From Candidatus Saccharimonadota bacterium (GTDB lineage Bacteria; Patescibacteriota; Saccharimonadia; Saccharimonadales; SLHW01), in contig JBJHDA010000001.1 of assembly GCA_050486305.1 (NCBI GenBank), positions 499,071 through 563,070 of the forward strand: DNA of 64,000 nucleotides, given 5' to 3'. The notes under the pieces were generated by a model. It saw only the letters and a program-made list of their open reading frames with translations. It made no database searches and was not told the DNA's origin. Shown here in pieces: positions 47,430-55,500 of the stretch. The position numbers and the translations under genes are program-made. Every line of letters starts with the position of its first letter. Position 1 is the first letter of the stretch.

Positions 47430-47537
47430 ACGACTGCCATCGTATTCTATGCGAAACAGGCTGAAATCTCAAGGCTAATCGTTAGATAATTTGCCCAGAA
47501 AGACAAGACTCGTTATAATTTGCTCGTTGCTCAGTAT

Positions 47538-47613
47538 GCGAGTGTAGCTCAGCTGATAGAGCGCTTCCTTGCCAAGGAAGAGGCCAGGGGTTTGAGTCCC
47601 CTCACTCGCACCA
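47538..47613 (+). tRNA. tRNA-Gly (GCC)
   Basis: Acceptor GCGAGTG/CACTCGC, anticodon stem CTTCC/GGAAG with loop TTGCCAA, T-arm AGGGG-TTTGAGT-CCCCT. CCA is encoded. Confidence 0.92.
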
Positions 47614-47726
47614 AATTATTATCAGAACACTACCCCTGTGAAACGTCGAGTAAATCGGCGTTTTTTGTTTGTTTTGGGCCTTTGGCCAAATAGGACTCTA
47701 ACTTACTTCTTTGATATGATGAGCAG

Positions 47727-48137
47727 GTGGATATTTTGATTAGATTACAAGAAATTGGCCTCAATAAGGAAAATAGCGTAGTAATTGGCTCAGGTATATT
47801 GAGTGCTTTGAACTTACGAGCGAGCAATGATATTGATGTTGTTGTGCCAGAAGTTGAGTATATTAGGCTAGCCGATAGCCAGCAGTTTACCAAGAGCCAA
47901 AATCACGGGTGTGAGATACTTGCGGACGAGCTTTTTGAGATTGGTACAAGTTGGGGTGTGCTTGGCAAAAACCAGACTTTTGATGAATTGCATAAAGAAT
48001 CAGTGGTTATTGGCGGCGTCCGCTACGTAACAATTGAGTTTTTATTGGCGGTAAAGAAAAGCTGGCTGCAAGATGACGATGTGCGACAAAAAGACATTGA
48101 TGACGTTAAGTTAATAGAAAAATATTTAGCACAGTAA
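47727..48137 (+). CDS. putative minimal nucleotidyltransferase-fold protein
   Basis: 136 aa with a GTG start. VVIGSGILSALNLRASNDIDVVV fits the pol-beta-type NTase pattern hG[GS]x9-13DhDh. I am not confident about the rest of the fold. Confidence 0.5.
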   Translation: MDILIRLQEIGLNKENSVVIGSGILSALNLRASNDIDVVVPEVEYIRLADSQQFTKSQNHGCEILADELFEIGTSWGVLGKNQTFDELHKESVVIGGVRYVTIEFLLAVKKSWLQDDDVRQKDIDDVKLIEKYLAQ

Positions 48138-48242
48138 ATCCGACGTAAGATTAAACTGATTCACGAGTTCTTTTAGTTTATAAAAATCAACTTTCTCAGG
48201 CGTGGTGCTTAGAAATATGCCTGACAGGCGGCACCAAGAAAA

Positions 48243-48270
48243 GAGTCGAGTCTTGTACTCGACTTTTTTC
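48243..48270 (+). terminator. rho-independent terminator downstream of the nucleotidyltransferase-like gene
   Basis: agtcgagt-cttgt-actcgact forms an 8-bp stem followed by TTTTTT. Confidence 0.65.
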
Positions 48271-48389
48271 TTGGCTGTGATTAGGCGGACGAAAACCCCG
48301 TCAGTGAGCTAAACGTACGAGGGTTTGGGCGCCAATGAGTTGCGCGCAGAAGCTTGCTTCGAGCACAACGAGTGCGTCAGCTTTAGCTT

Positions 48390-48407
48390 GTCCCCTCACT
48401 TGCACCA
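48390..48407 (+). repeat. direct repeat of the tRNA-Gly 3' end (att-like)
   Basis: gtcccctcacTtgcacca compared with tRNA-Gly gtcccctcacCtcgcacca-equivalent positions 47596-47613 (gtcccctcactcgcacca) matches at 17 of 18 nt. The rest of the tRNA is absent. Confidence 0.6.
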
Positions 48408-48619
48408 GATGACAGACCAGCCAGCTTGTTTTTGAGTCAAGCTCACAATACCGCTAGCTTTTTCATTGCTGACGCAGAGCAGGAGCTTGGATGCTGATGA
48501 GTTTCGCAGAAGGGCTCGTTTTCAGCGTAGCGAATATACCGCCTTTAGTTGCGCCAACGGTTATAAAATACCTACTGAGCCGCTGACTCCTGTATTGGCC
48601 TGCTTGGTATAATTAACTA

Positions 48620-48988
48620 ATGACAAAAGATGACATCCAGGACTGGATAGATAATTATGAAGCAGCGTGGCGCACAAACTCTACGTCTAAACTCGACGAC
48701 ATATTCGCCGCCGACATCAGCTATAAAGAGACGCCTTGGACACAGACAATAAGCGGTCTTTCAGATCTGAAAAACTTTTGGCATGAAGCTTGTTCAAGAC
48801 AGGGCAATTTTAAGCTGACGAGCGAAATTATCGCAGTCCAAGATACAACCGCCGTGGTACGGTTAGACGTCGAATACGAAAGTGATGAACCCTCGCTGTG
48901 GCGGGATGTCTGGATACTGACATTTAACAGTGATGGCTTATGCGACTCTTATGAAGGTTGGCCATATGCTAAACCTTCAAAACAATAG
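48620..48988 (+). CDS. NTF2-like (SnoaL-type) small protein
   Basis: 122 aa. An N-terminal helix W..NYEAAWRTNSTSKLDDIFAADISY followed by a beta-sheet pattern is typical of the SnoaL/NTF2-like fold. Confidence 0.6.
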   Translation: MTKDDIQDWIDNYEAAWRTNSTSKLDDIFAADISYKETPWTQTISGLSDLKNFWHEACSRQGNFKLTSEIIAVQDTTAVVRLDVEYESDEPSLWRDVWILTFNSDGLCDSYEGWPYAKPSKQ

Positions 48989-49059
48989 TTAAATACGTTA
49001 AGGTGTTTTTCTTCTAACAGATGTGTGAAACTTTTTGCTACAATACATCAGTGTCGCAT

Positions 49060-49133
49060 GGCGCGTTGGCCGAGGAGTTAGGCATGGGTCTGCAAAACCC
49101 AGTACACGGGTGCGAATCCCGTACGCGCCTCCA
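49060..49133 (+). tRNA. tRNA-Cys (GCA)
   Basis: Acceptor GGCGCGT/ACGCGCC, anticodon stem TGGGT/ACCCA with loop CTGCAAA, discriminator U73. CCA is encoded. Confidence 0.9.
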
Positions 49134-49138
49134 CGCAA

Positions 49139-49225
49139 GCCCAGGTGGCGGAATTGGTATACGCTGCGGACTTAAAATCCGTTGCCCTACAAGGCTTGAG
49201 GGTTCGAGTCCCTCCCTGGGCACCA
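49139..49225 (+). tRNA. tRNA-Leu (TAA)
   Basis: An 87-nt class II tRNA with acceptor GCCCAGG/CCTGGGC, anticodon loop CTTAAAA, a long variable arm and T-arm GAGGG-TTCGAGT-CCCTC. Confidence 0.9.
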
Positions 49226-49231
49226 AATTGT

Positions 49232-49278
49232 CACCATATAAAAAAGTCCTACGAACTGTAGGACTTTTTTATATGGTG
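49232..49278. terminator. 21-bp perfect palindrome (bidirectional terminator) between convergent tRNA-Leu and tRNA-Val
   Basis: caccatataaaaaagtcctac-gaact-gtaggacttttttatatggtg. The right arm overlaps the last 5 nt of tRNA-Val. Confidence 0.7.
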
Positions 49279-49350
49279 GGCGCTGAGGGACTTGAACCCC
49301 CGACCCCCTCGGTGTAAACGAGGTGCTCTAGCCAGCTGAGCTAAGCGCCC
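49274..49350 (-). tRNA. tRNA-Val (TAC)
   Basis: The reverse complement is GGGCGCTTAGCTCAGCTGGCTAGAGCACCTCGTTTACACCGAGGGGGTCGGGGGTTCAAGTCCCTCAGCGCCCACCA, with anticodon loop TTTACAC. Confidence 0.9.
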
Positions 49351-49497
49351 ACATGTTGGACTGTAGCCCACCAATTTCGCAAACCAAGCCTTGGCTGTTT
49401 GTGAAATTGAAAGGAGGAATTATGGAAGCCTTGTATGAAAATGCTGGAAATTTATTTTGCAGCATTTTTTTAAGCAAGGCTGGAATATATTCCGACG

Positions 49498-49584
49498 TGG
49501 TGCGCGAGAGAGGACTTGAACCTCCACGCCCCGAAGGGCACCAGCCCCTCAAGCTGACGCGTCTACCAATTCCGCCACTCGCGC
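49498..49584 (-). tRNA. tRNA-Leu (GAG)
   Basis: The reverse complement starts GCGCGAGTGGCGGAATTGGTAGACGCG, with anticodon stem TCAGC/GCTGG and loop TTGAGGG. It has a long variable arm and ends ...CTCGCGCACCA. Confidence 0.88.
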
Positions 49585-49663
49585 GTATGTCCGACTGAAA
49601 TGTACAACGTGAACCCTGTTATCTTACGTACTTTCTAACGAAAACTCAAGTATAAATTGCCTG

Positions 49664-51301
49664 TCAGGTTCTCGGTAGGTGATCAGATAGATGATCGATG
49701 GAGTAGTCCTGACGAAGCAATGGCTTGATGTCCTCAAGGGTTACATCGATTTTCACCCCAGGGTTTAAGAAGTTATACGGGTCAAATGCTTTCTTTACTT
49801 CCTGGAAAAGCCGGTAGACCTCATCCCCATAAAGATCCCGAAGATATGGCGCACGCAAACGTCCATCGCTATGTTCACCGCTTGTACTGCCGCCTAGCTC
49901 AATCACCATACGATAATAATCGTCGATTATACGAAATACCTTCTGTCTGTCTCCGACATGGCTTAAATCCAAAAACGGCTGCATGTGCAGGTTCGCATTA
50001 CCGCCATGACCCCATACTGCAACCTTTAAGCCGTACTTATCAAAAATTTTATATACGTTTTTGAGGTACTGCTGAAACTTATCGGCCGGAACAATACCAT
50101 CCTCGACAATCGGTAGCGCCTTTCGTTTGCCGTCAGCATACGCTGCTACGCCGGAAGCGCTGTGCCGGATCTTCCAGAGCTCATCAATTTTCTCTGGGTC
50201 TGTCTCGACCTGATGATTAATCTGGAGCTTATTGAGCAGTTTTGCGGTCTTTTTCGCCATCCGGCGCTGTGTACGCACACTCGGGTTGTCAAATTCAACT
50301 AGCATAACAAGCTTTGGATACGGCGGATCAATAACACCCTTTAGCTGATTCGGATTATTGGCACGAACGAACTGCAATAAGTTGTCGTCAACAATCTCGA
50401 CTGCGCTGGGCGGCTCCGGCAGGTTACGAAGCTCAATAATCGCCTCTTCAGCTACTTGCATGTCATCAAATTGCGCGACGATAAGCGTACTTTCTGGTGT
50501 GTGCGGTTCGGTATCAAGAGTTATCTCTGTTACGATGCCGAGCGTACCCTGCGAGCCAACCAGTAGTGGCGTCAAGTCAAACGATCCATTCTTTTGCTTC
50601 ACGTCAGCCAGAGCGTACCCTGCGGCATTCTTTGATACGTTCAATACAGTTTTGTCCAATACGTCTTTGTTTTCTTCTATTAATGTGTCGACTGCGCGGT
50701 AGATTTCACCCTCGAACGTCTGCAGACCGAGCTTTTTGTTTAGTTCTCGCTTACTCAAGCGGCGCGTCTCGATGACTTCTCCGTTCGCTAAAACAAACCG
50801 AAGTCCTTTTACATAATCTCTGGTACTGCCATATTTTACGGTCTTTTCGCCGCCGGCATTATTTGCTACTGCCCCGCCGACAGTTGAATATTCGATTGAG
50901 GCCGGAAACGGCGGCAGGAATCGTCCGTGCGTATGCAGGGTTTGCTGCAGCTTAGCGTACGTAATACCCGGCTCAACAACTGTAACGCCAGATTTTGCAT
51001 CGAGTTCTAGCAGCTTATTCATGTGGGCAGGAAACACCACCATCACACCGCTTCCAAGCGCACCTCCAGACTGGTCGGTGCCGAGCCCTCTAGCTGTAAT
51101 CGGAACAACTCTGCCCCGCTCTGCTAACTGCCAAGAAAACCGGGCGGTCTTTCTTATGTCATTTTCGTTTCTTGGATATACGACGATTGAGGGCATCACC
51201 TCAAAGACACTGGAGTCTGTTGAAAAATACTTGCGAACATCCCCTGATGTCATAACCTCACCCGTCAGATGATCCTGCAGATAGTGCGCGACTTTACTCA
51301 T
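49664..51301 (-). CDS. FAD-linked oxidase (GlcD / D-lactate dehydrogenase-like)
   Basis: 545 aa with an FAD_binding_4-like N-terminal half (VVYPRNENDI, ITARGLGTDQSGGA, TVGGAVANNAGG) and an FAD-oxidase C-terminal half (GGSTSGEHSDGRLR). Confidence 0.85.
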   Translation of the reverse strand: MSKVAHYLQDHLTGEVMTSGDVRKYFSTDSSVFEVMPSIVVYPRNENDIRKTARFSWQLAERGRVVPITARGLGTDQSGGALGSGVMVVFPAHMNKLLELDAKSGVTVVEPGITYAKLQQTLHTHGRFLPPFPASIEYSTVGGAVANNAGGEKTVKYGSTRDYVKGLRFVLANGEVIETRRLSKRELNKKLGLQTFEGEIYRAVDTLIEENKDVLDKTVLNVSKNAAGYALADVKQKNGSFDLTPLLVGSQGTLGIVTEITLDTEPHTPESTLIVAQFDDMQVAEEAIIELRNLPEPPSAVEIVDDNLLQFVRANNPNQLKGVIDPPYPKLVMLVEFDNPSVRTQRRMAKKTAKLLNKLQINHQVETDPEKIDELWKIRHSASGVAAYADGKRKALPIVEDGIVPADKFQQYLKNVYKIFDKYGLKVAVWGHGGNANLHMQPFLDLSHVGDRQKVFRIIDDYYRMVIELGGSTSGEHSDGRLRAPYLRDLYGDEVYRLFQEVKKAFDPYNFLNPGVKIDVTLEDIKPLLRQDYSIDHLSDHLPRT

Positions 51302-51551
51302 AATCAGAAATTATCCCTGTTTACCTAAGCATTAGCTGTATATAGTACATCATAGCATAAAACACACTTGCCAACAGTGGCCTTGAAGCAATCATTACAG
51401 CTCAATGCCATCTAGTCAATAACATATTCACAAGCAGGTGAGGCTTCACTTCTCTCCTCTATAGCCCTCAGAATGAACAGATTTTAGTTTCTAGCAAAAT
51501 TATGCACACCCGCTTGATGAGAGGATTCGCAAAACGGAAAAGCGAGGCAAC

Positions 51552-51608
51552 AAAAAGAGCCCGATATTTTTCTGCCAACTAATTGCAGAAAAATTTAACG
51601 GGCTCTTT
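51552..51608 (-). terminator. compound hairpin terminator after tRNA-Leu(CAG)
   Basis: An outer 10-bp stem aaagagcccg/cgggctcttt encloses an inner stem tttttctgc/gcagaaaaa. On the minus strand it is followed by TTTTTG. Confidence 0.65.
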
Positions 51609-51622
51609 GTACGTTGTCGAGC

Positions 51623-51708
51623 TGGTGCCGCGGGAGAGACTCGAACTCTCATGATCGAAGATCACTAATCCCTGAAACTAGCGCGTCTACCAATTCCGCC
51701 ACCGCGGC
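51623..51708 (-). tRNA. tRNA-Leu (CAG)
   Basis: The reverse complement is GCCGCGGTGGCGGAATTGGTAGACGCGCTAGTTTCAGGGATTAGTGATCTTCGATCATGAGAGTTCGAGTCTCTCCCGCGGCACCA, with anticodon loop TTCAGGG. Confidence 0.88.
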
Positions 51709-51793
51709 AAGTTGCTGTTGATGTCCTACACCAACCAACATACAGCAAGCTCATGATACCGTATTTTGGAGCTTTTTTGGAAAAGGGCTTGGC

Positions 51794-53575
51794 CTATTTA
51801 TCAACTCGAGCGTGACGAATGTACCACTCATTTACGTTCAGCATCCTGTCGCTGCTTGAGTTCATTAAAATCGGCTGAAAGCCTGATACCTCCGATTGTG
51901 TAATGTATATGAATCTCGGCTGATACAGCATAAGCGCTGGTGCGTCTCTTCGCCACGCCTCCAGAAATGGTTCATATTTTACTGAGCGCAGCTCATCGTC
52001 TGACCTGGTGCGCCCCGACTCAAGTGACTCATCGGCTGCGCCGGATTTGTATTCACTAAAGTTCAGGCGGTTCTCTGCTAACACTTCTGCTTGCGAGCTG
52101 TGCCAAAACGCGTATACATCCGGATCAGGACCGATTGATATACCGTGGAGCAGTGCCGAAAACTCATGATTTGCAATAGTTGACTGCAGCTCTTCTTCTT
52201 GCTGCAAAGCTGCCTCAACACGCACGCCGTGCTCGCTCCATTGCTGCTGGAGCGCCTGGATAACCGCTCTACCGTCAGAGCTATTCAACGCGACGAGTGA
52301 GAATTCCAGCTTGATGTCATCTTTCTGCCATACTCCATCTTCACCCTTTTCCCACTCAGCGTCTCGTAATATTTTCTCGGCTTGCTCGGGATCGTAGGAA
52401 AGCTGTGTCAGGTCGTTGTCATAACCTTGATGGAACGAGAGCAATGGGCTATCTGATGGGGCCACCGGCCCTTCAATTGAAGCGAGAACCTCATCAGTAT
52501 CAATAAAGCGAACAAGCGCCTGCCGAACAGCCCGTTCTTCAAAAACCGGTGTACTCGTCTTAAAGAATACGCCGACTTGTCCCGTTAGCGGCACAACGTA
52601 CTGGTGATGCTCATGGTCCTCCAGCAACTCATGAGAAGCATTATCAATGCCAGCCATTGCGTAAATATCGCGGTCTATAAAGCTCTCTATTAGCCGCTCT
52701 TCAGCCCGAAATGTCCGAAGTACAAATCGGTCAATATTCGGCCTGCCTCGGTGATAATCATCGTACGCGCTAAAGGCTAAGCGTTCTTCACGCGTGTCTG
52801 AAGTTAGGCCAACAACCTCTAGTGTATCCCACGAAAACGGACCCGTCCCAACTGGCTGAGCTGTATTAAACACATGAGAGCGAAGCTGTCGCGGCGGTAC
52901 TTCTTCTAGTATATGTTTTGGGACAATACCGTTCGTCAGCGCCAAGGGGAATGATACAAATGGGTTCGGCAAGTCAAAACGCACCGTATGCTCATCAATT
53001 ACCTCAAGTTCAGTATCTTTCCAGCTGGAAAACAACGGTGACCTGGCGTCAGCATTGGCTATTGTTTCATAGGTAAACACAACATCTTCCGCCGTAAACC
53101 GCTCTCCGTCATGCCAATACACATCGTCCCGTAAGGAAACGATATATTCTAACCCGGTATCATCAACTTCATAACCGATCGCTAAATCGGGCACTAGTTG
53201 ATTGTAGCCGTCAAATGTATACAGGCTCGAAAACAAAAGCTTGGAAACCGCTCCATCGACCGAGCCGGTCGCGTACAGCGGGTTTGCATTCGTAAAGCTG
53301 CCGATGACACCCTCTCGATATGTGCCTCCTGGCACCGCTCGGACTTCCTGATAGTAAGGGCTCAGCTGCTGCATTTGGATGTACACCCCGATAAAGCTTA
53401 CTGCTAATAGCAGCACCCACATAACCACAAAGCGACGAACGGTTACTAGCCTCGAAATACGACGCAGGACAAATTTATCCAGACGTTTATCCGTTTCGGC
53501 GCTTACATCAGCAACCTGCTTTTTACTTTTTCGTATCTGCCGTCGCCAACGAAGGCGAGTTTTTGGGTCAATCAT
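51794..53575 (-). CDS. ABC-type substrate-binding protein, family 5 (peptide/nickel type), membrane-anchored
   Basis: 593 aa with an N-terminal TM anchor (FVVMWVLLLAVSFIGVYI). SBP_bac_5-like conservation runs throughout (YWHDGERFTAEDVVFTYE, GTGPF). Confidence 0.8.
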   Translation of the reverse strand: MIDPKTRLRWRRQIRKSKKQVADVSAETDKRLDKFVLRRISRLVTVRRFVVMWVLLLAVSFIGVYIQMQQLSPYYQEVRAVPGGTYREGVIGSFTNANPLYATGSVDGAVSKLLFSSLYTFDGYNQLVPDLAIGYEVDDTGLEYIVSLRDDVYWHDGERFTAEDVVFTYETIANADARSPLFSSWKDTELEVIDEHTVRFDLPNPFVSFPLALTNGIVPKHILEEVPPRQLRSHVFNTAQPVGTGPFSWDTLEVVGLTSDTREERLAFSAYDDYHRGRPNIDRFVLRTFRAEERLIESFIDRDIYAMAGIDNASHELLEDHEHHQYVVPLTGQVGVFFKTSTPVFEERAVRQALVRFIDTDEVLASIEGPVAPSDSPLLSFHQGYDNDLTQLSYDPEQAEKILRDAEWEKGEDGVWQKDDIKLEFSLVALNSSDGRAVIQALQQQWSEHGVRVEAALQQEEELQSTIANHEFSALLHGISIGPDPDVYAFWHSSQAEVLAENRLNFSEYKSGAADESLESGRTRSDDELRSVKYEPFLEAWRRDAPALMLYQPRFIYITQSEVSGFQPILMNSSSDRMLNVNEWYIRHARVDK

Positions 53576-53589
53576 AAGTGCAAGCTATA

Positions 53590-53808
53590 TTATGCAACGA
53601 CGTGCATAATTAAAGAAGCAGCAAAAACAAAAATGAAAAAAATAGTAATCTGGTGAACGGTCTTTTCACTGCCGCGTCGCTCAATATTAATATCTTCTCC
53701 ACTGCCGCCACCAAGTCCAGCCCCAAGAGTTGCCCCACGTGTCTGTAGGAGTATTAAAGCTATCAGGACTACTACCGAGACCATCGTAATGTAATTATAA
53801 ACCGTCAT
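53590..53808 (-). CDS. secG: preprotein translocase subunit SecG
   Basis: 72 aa with two TM helices flanking the Gly-rich loop LLQTRGATLGAGLGGGSGE. Confidence 0.75.
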   Translation of the reverse strand: MTVYNYITMVSVVVLIALILLQTRGATLGAGLGGGSGEDINIERRGSEKTVHQITIFFIFVFAASLIMHVVA

Positions 53809-54167
53809 CTATCCTCCAAAATGGTTGTCACCAGGTAGTTTACCAGTCCTATTACCATGCCGGCAAGCATGGCCGATGTAAAGCTTGCGATCTGTAAGCT
53901 CGGATACAGGAAGCTGACGAGAGATAACATTAAGCCATTTACGACAATCATAAAAAGCCCAAGACTGAACAGTATAGCTGGCAAAGACAGGATGACTACT
54001 ATCGGCTTAATGACTGTATTTACGGCAGCAAGGATTAACCCAGCGATAATCACAACACCAATTCGCTCATAGTCTATCCGCTCACCGCCTAAGATACCAG
54101 CAGCCACCCAAATCCCGAGCGCAGCTATGCCCCATCGTACCGCAAATCGTGTTATCGCATGTTTCAT
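53805..54167 (-). CDS. 4-TM 'phage holin family 4 / YvlD (DUF360)'-type membrane protein
   Basis: 120 aa with four TM helices and the motif NTVIKPIVVILSLPAILFSLGLFMIVVNGLML. Confidence 0.65.
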   Translation of the reverse strand: MKHAITRFAVRWGIAALGIWVAAGILGGERIDYERIGVVIIAGLILAAVNTVIKPIVVILSLPAILFSLGLFMIVVNGLMLSLVSFLYPSLQIASFTSAMLAGMVIGLVNYLVTTILEDR

Positions 54168-54227
54168 AATGTCGTTCTATGTTTACTACTTATATAAAAT
54201 TGTAACGGTTTATAAAAAAACAGCAAC

Positions 54228-55442
54228 TCAGGCCACCTTTTGGCATGCGCTACTTAAGTTCTCGTAGCCGCCAGCCGTTATGAGGATATCGTCCTCAATC
54301 CGGACGCCAATGCCCTCTTCAGGAATATATATGCCAGGCTCTACTGTCATAACCATGCCAGGGCTAAGCGGCGTGTCATAACCGCCAACATCATGTACAT
54401 CAAGCCCAAGGAAATGTGACAAGGCATGCGGATAATACGTTCGGATAGCTGCATCATCACCGCCGGTTACCAACCCGAGCTTTTTCAGTTGTCCTGCCAT
54501 TATTTTACAAAAATCACTCTCGATCTCTTTTAGTGAAACGCCGGGGCGAAATAAGTCGAATGCTTTTTCTTGCGCTTCATAAACCGCGTCATAAATAGCT
54601 TTCTGCCGCTTGGTAGGCTTTCCTACGGCAAACATTCGTGTAATATCAGCGCTGTAGCCTGAAACCTCCGCCCCGCTATCAACGAGCAGGAGGCTATCTT
54701 TGGACAGCAAGCTGTCATTCTGAACATAATGCAGTGTGCAGGCATTCGCACCGCTCGCAACAATCGGCTCATAGCCATGTACCGCGCCGTGCTTACGATA
54801 CGAATACGTTAGCTCTGCTTCTATCTCGTGCTCGTATGTTCGCCTTGATAGGTCAGAACCCGAGAGCTCATTAAACGCATCTGATGTAATTGTGATGGCA
54901 TGGCGTAAGGCTGTTATTTCCTCTGGCTGCTTTTTTATCCGCAGCGCTACGAGGAGGTGCTGAACATCCTTAATTTTTATATTTTTATTGCGTATCTTTA
55001 ATCGCTGCAGCAGACGGTACTGACTCCCGTTCATTTGCAGCCCAGCAGCCGGAACGAAAAGCTGCGAGTTCGCCTTTGTGTAAACAGCTGTATGAGACTG
55101 AAGATCTTGCTTCAGCCGCTGCCATCCTTCAGCATGCGAATAAATCTGCGTAATGCCAGACGCGGCAGAAATATCACTAAATTTTGCCGAACCCTCGAAC
55201 AATTCATACGTGGCTGAACGTTCTGGTGCAATCAGATACTCATCAGCACCAGCCACTACCAGCACATAATCAGGCTCGGTAAGCCCGCTCAAGTACCAAA
55301 AATTACTCTCCTGGCGAAACGGGAAAGATGTATCACCGCTGCGCTGCACTCGGCTATGTGCCGCCAGCACAACCATTGCATTCTCCTCTATACCCTTACT
55401 CAGCGCCGCCCGGTTATTGCTAAAAAATTTCGCCTTAAACAA
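54228..55442 (-). CDS. pepP: M24 family Xaa-Pro aminopeptidase
   Basis: It has metal ligand blocks LLVDSGAEVSGYSADITR, HALSHFLGLDVHD, VMTVEPGIY and GVRIEDD. Confidence 0.85.
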   Translation of the reverse strand: MFKAKFFSNNRAALSKGIEENAMVVLAAHSRVQRSGDTSFPFRQESNFWYLSGLTEPDYVLVVAGADEYLIAPERSATYELFEGSAKFSDISAASGITQIYSHAEGWQRLKQDLQSHTAVYTKANSQLFVPAAGLQMNGSQYRLLQRLKIRNKNIKIKDVQHLLVALRIKKQPEEITALRHAITITSDAFNELSGSDLSRRTYEHEIEAELTYSYRKHGAVHGYEPIVASGANACTLHYVQNDSLLSKDSLLLVDSGAEVSGYSADITRMFAVGKPTKRQKAIYDAVYEAQEKAFDLFRPGVSLKEIESDFCKIMAGQLKKLGLVTGGDDAAIRTYYPHALSHFLGLDVHDVGGYDTPLSPGMVMTVEPGIYIPEEGIGVRIEDDILITAGGYENLSSACQKVA

Positions 55443-55500
55443 ATAATTCTCCTTTTTGTCTTCTATAGATCCGACTGTACTGATGAGGTATTATACCCGA

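Larger units (their letters stand above)
47614..48407 (+). mobile_element. putative remnant of an element integrated at tRNA-Gly (no integrase left)
   Basis: The segment is bounded by the tRNA-Gly 3' end (47596-47613) and a 17/18-nt direct copy (48390-48407). The interior is visibly more AT-rich, at about one third G+C where I counted. It holds a single nucleotidyltransferase-like gene. Confidence 0.35.

Noticed and set aside
49353-49598. 81-aa ORF with an internal ATG at 49422 preceded by a strong AAAGGAGG box
   Set aside because: The reading frame continues through a hairpin terminator and is antisense across the whole of tRNA-Leu(GAG). The SD-like box is probably fortuitous. The same applies to ORFs 49021-49317, 49038-49226 and 49328-49552, which overlap tRNA-Cys, tRNA-Leu and tRNA-Val.
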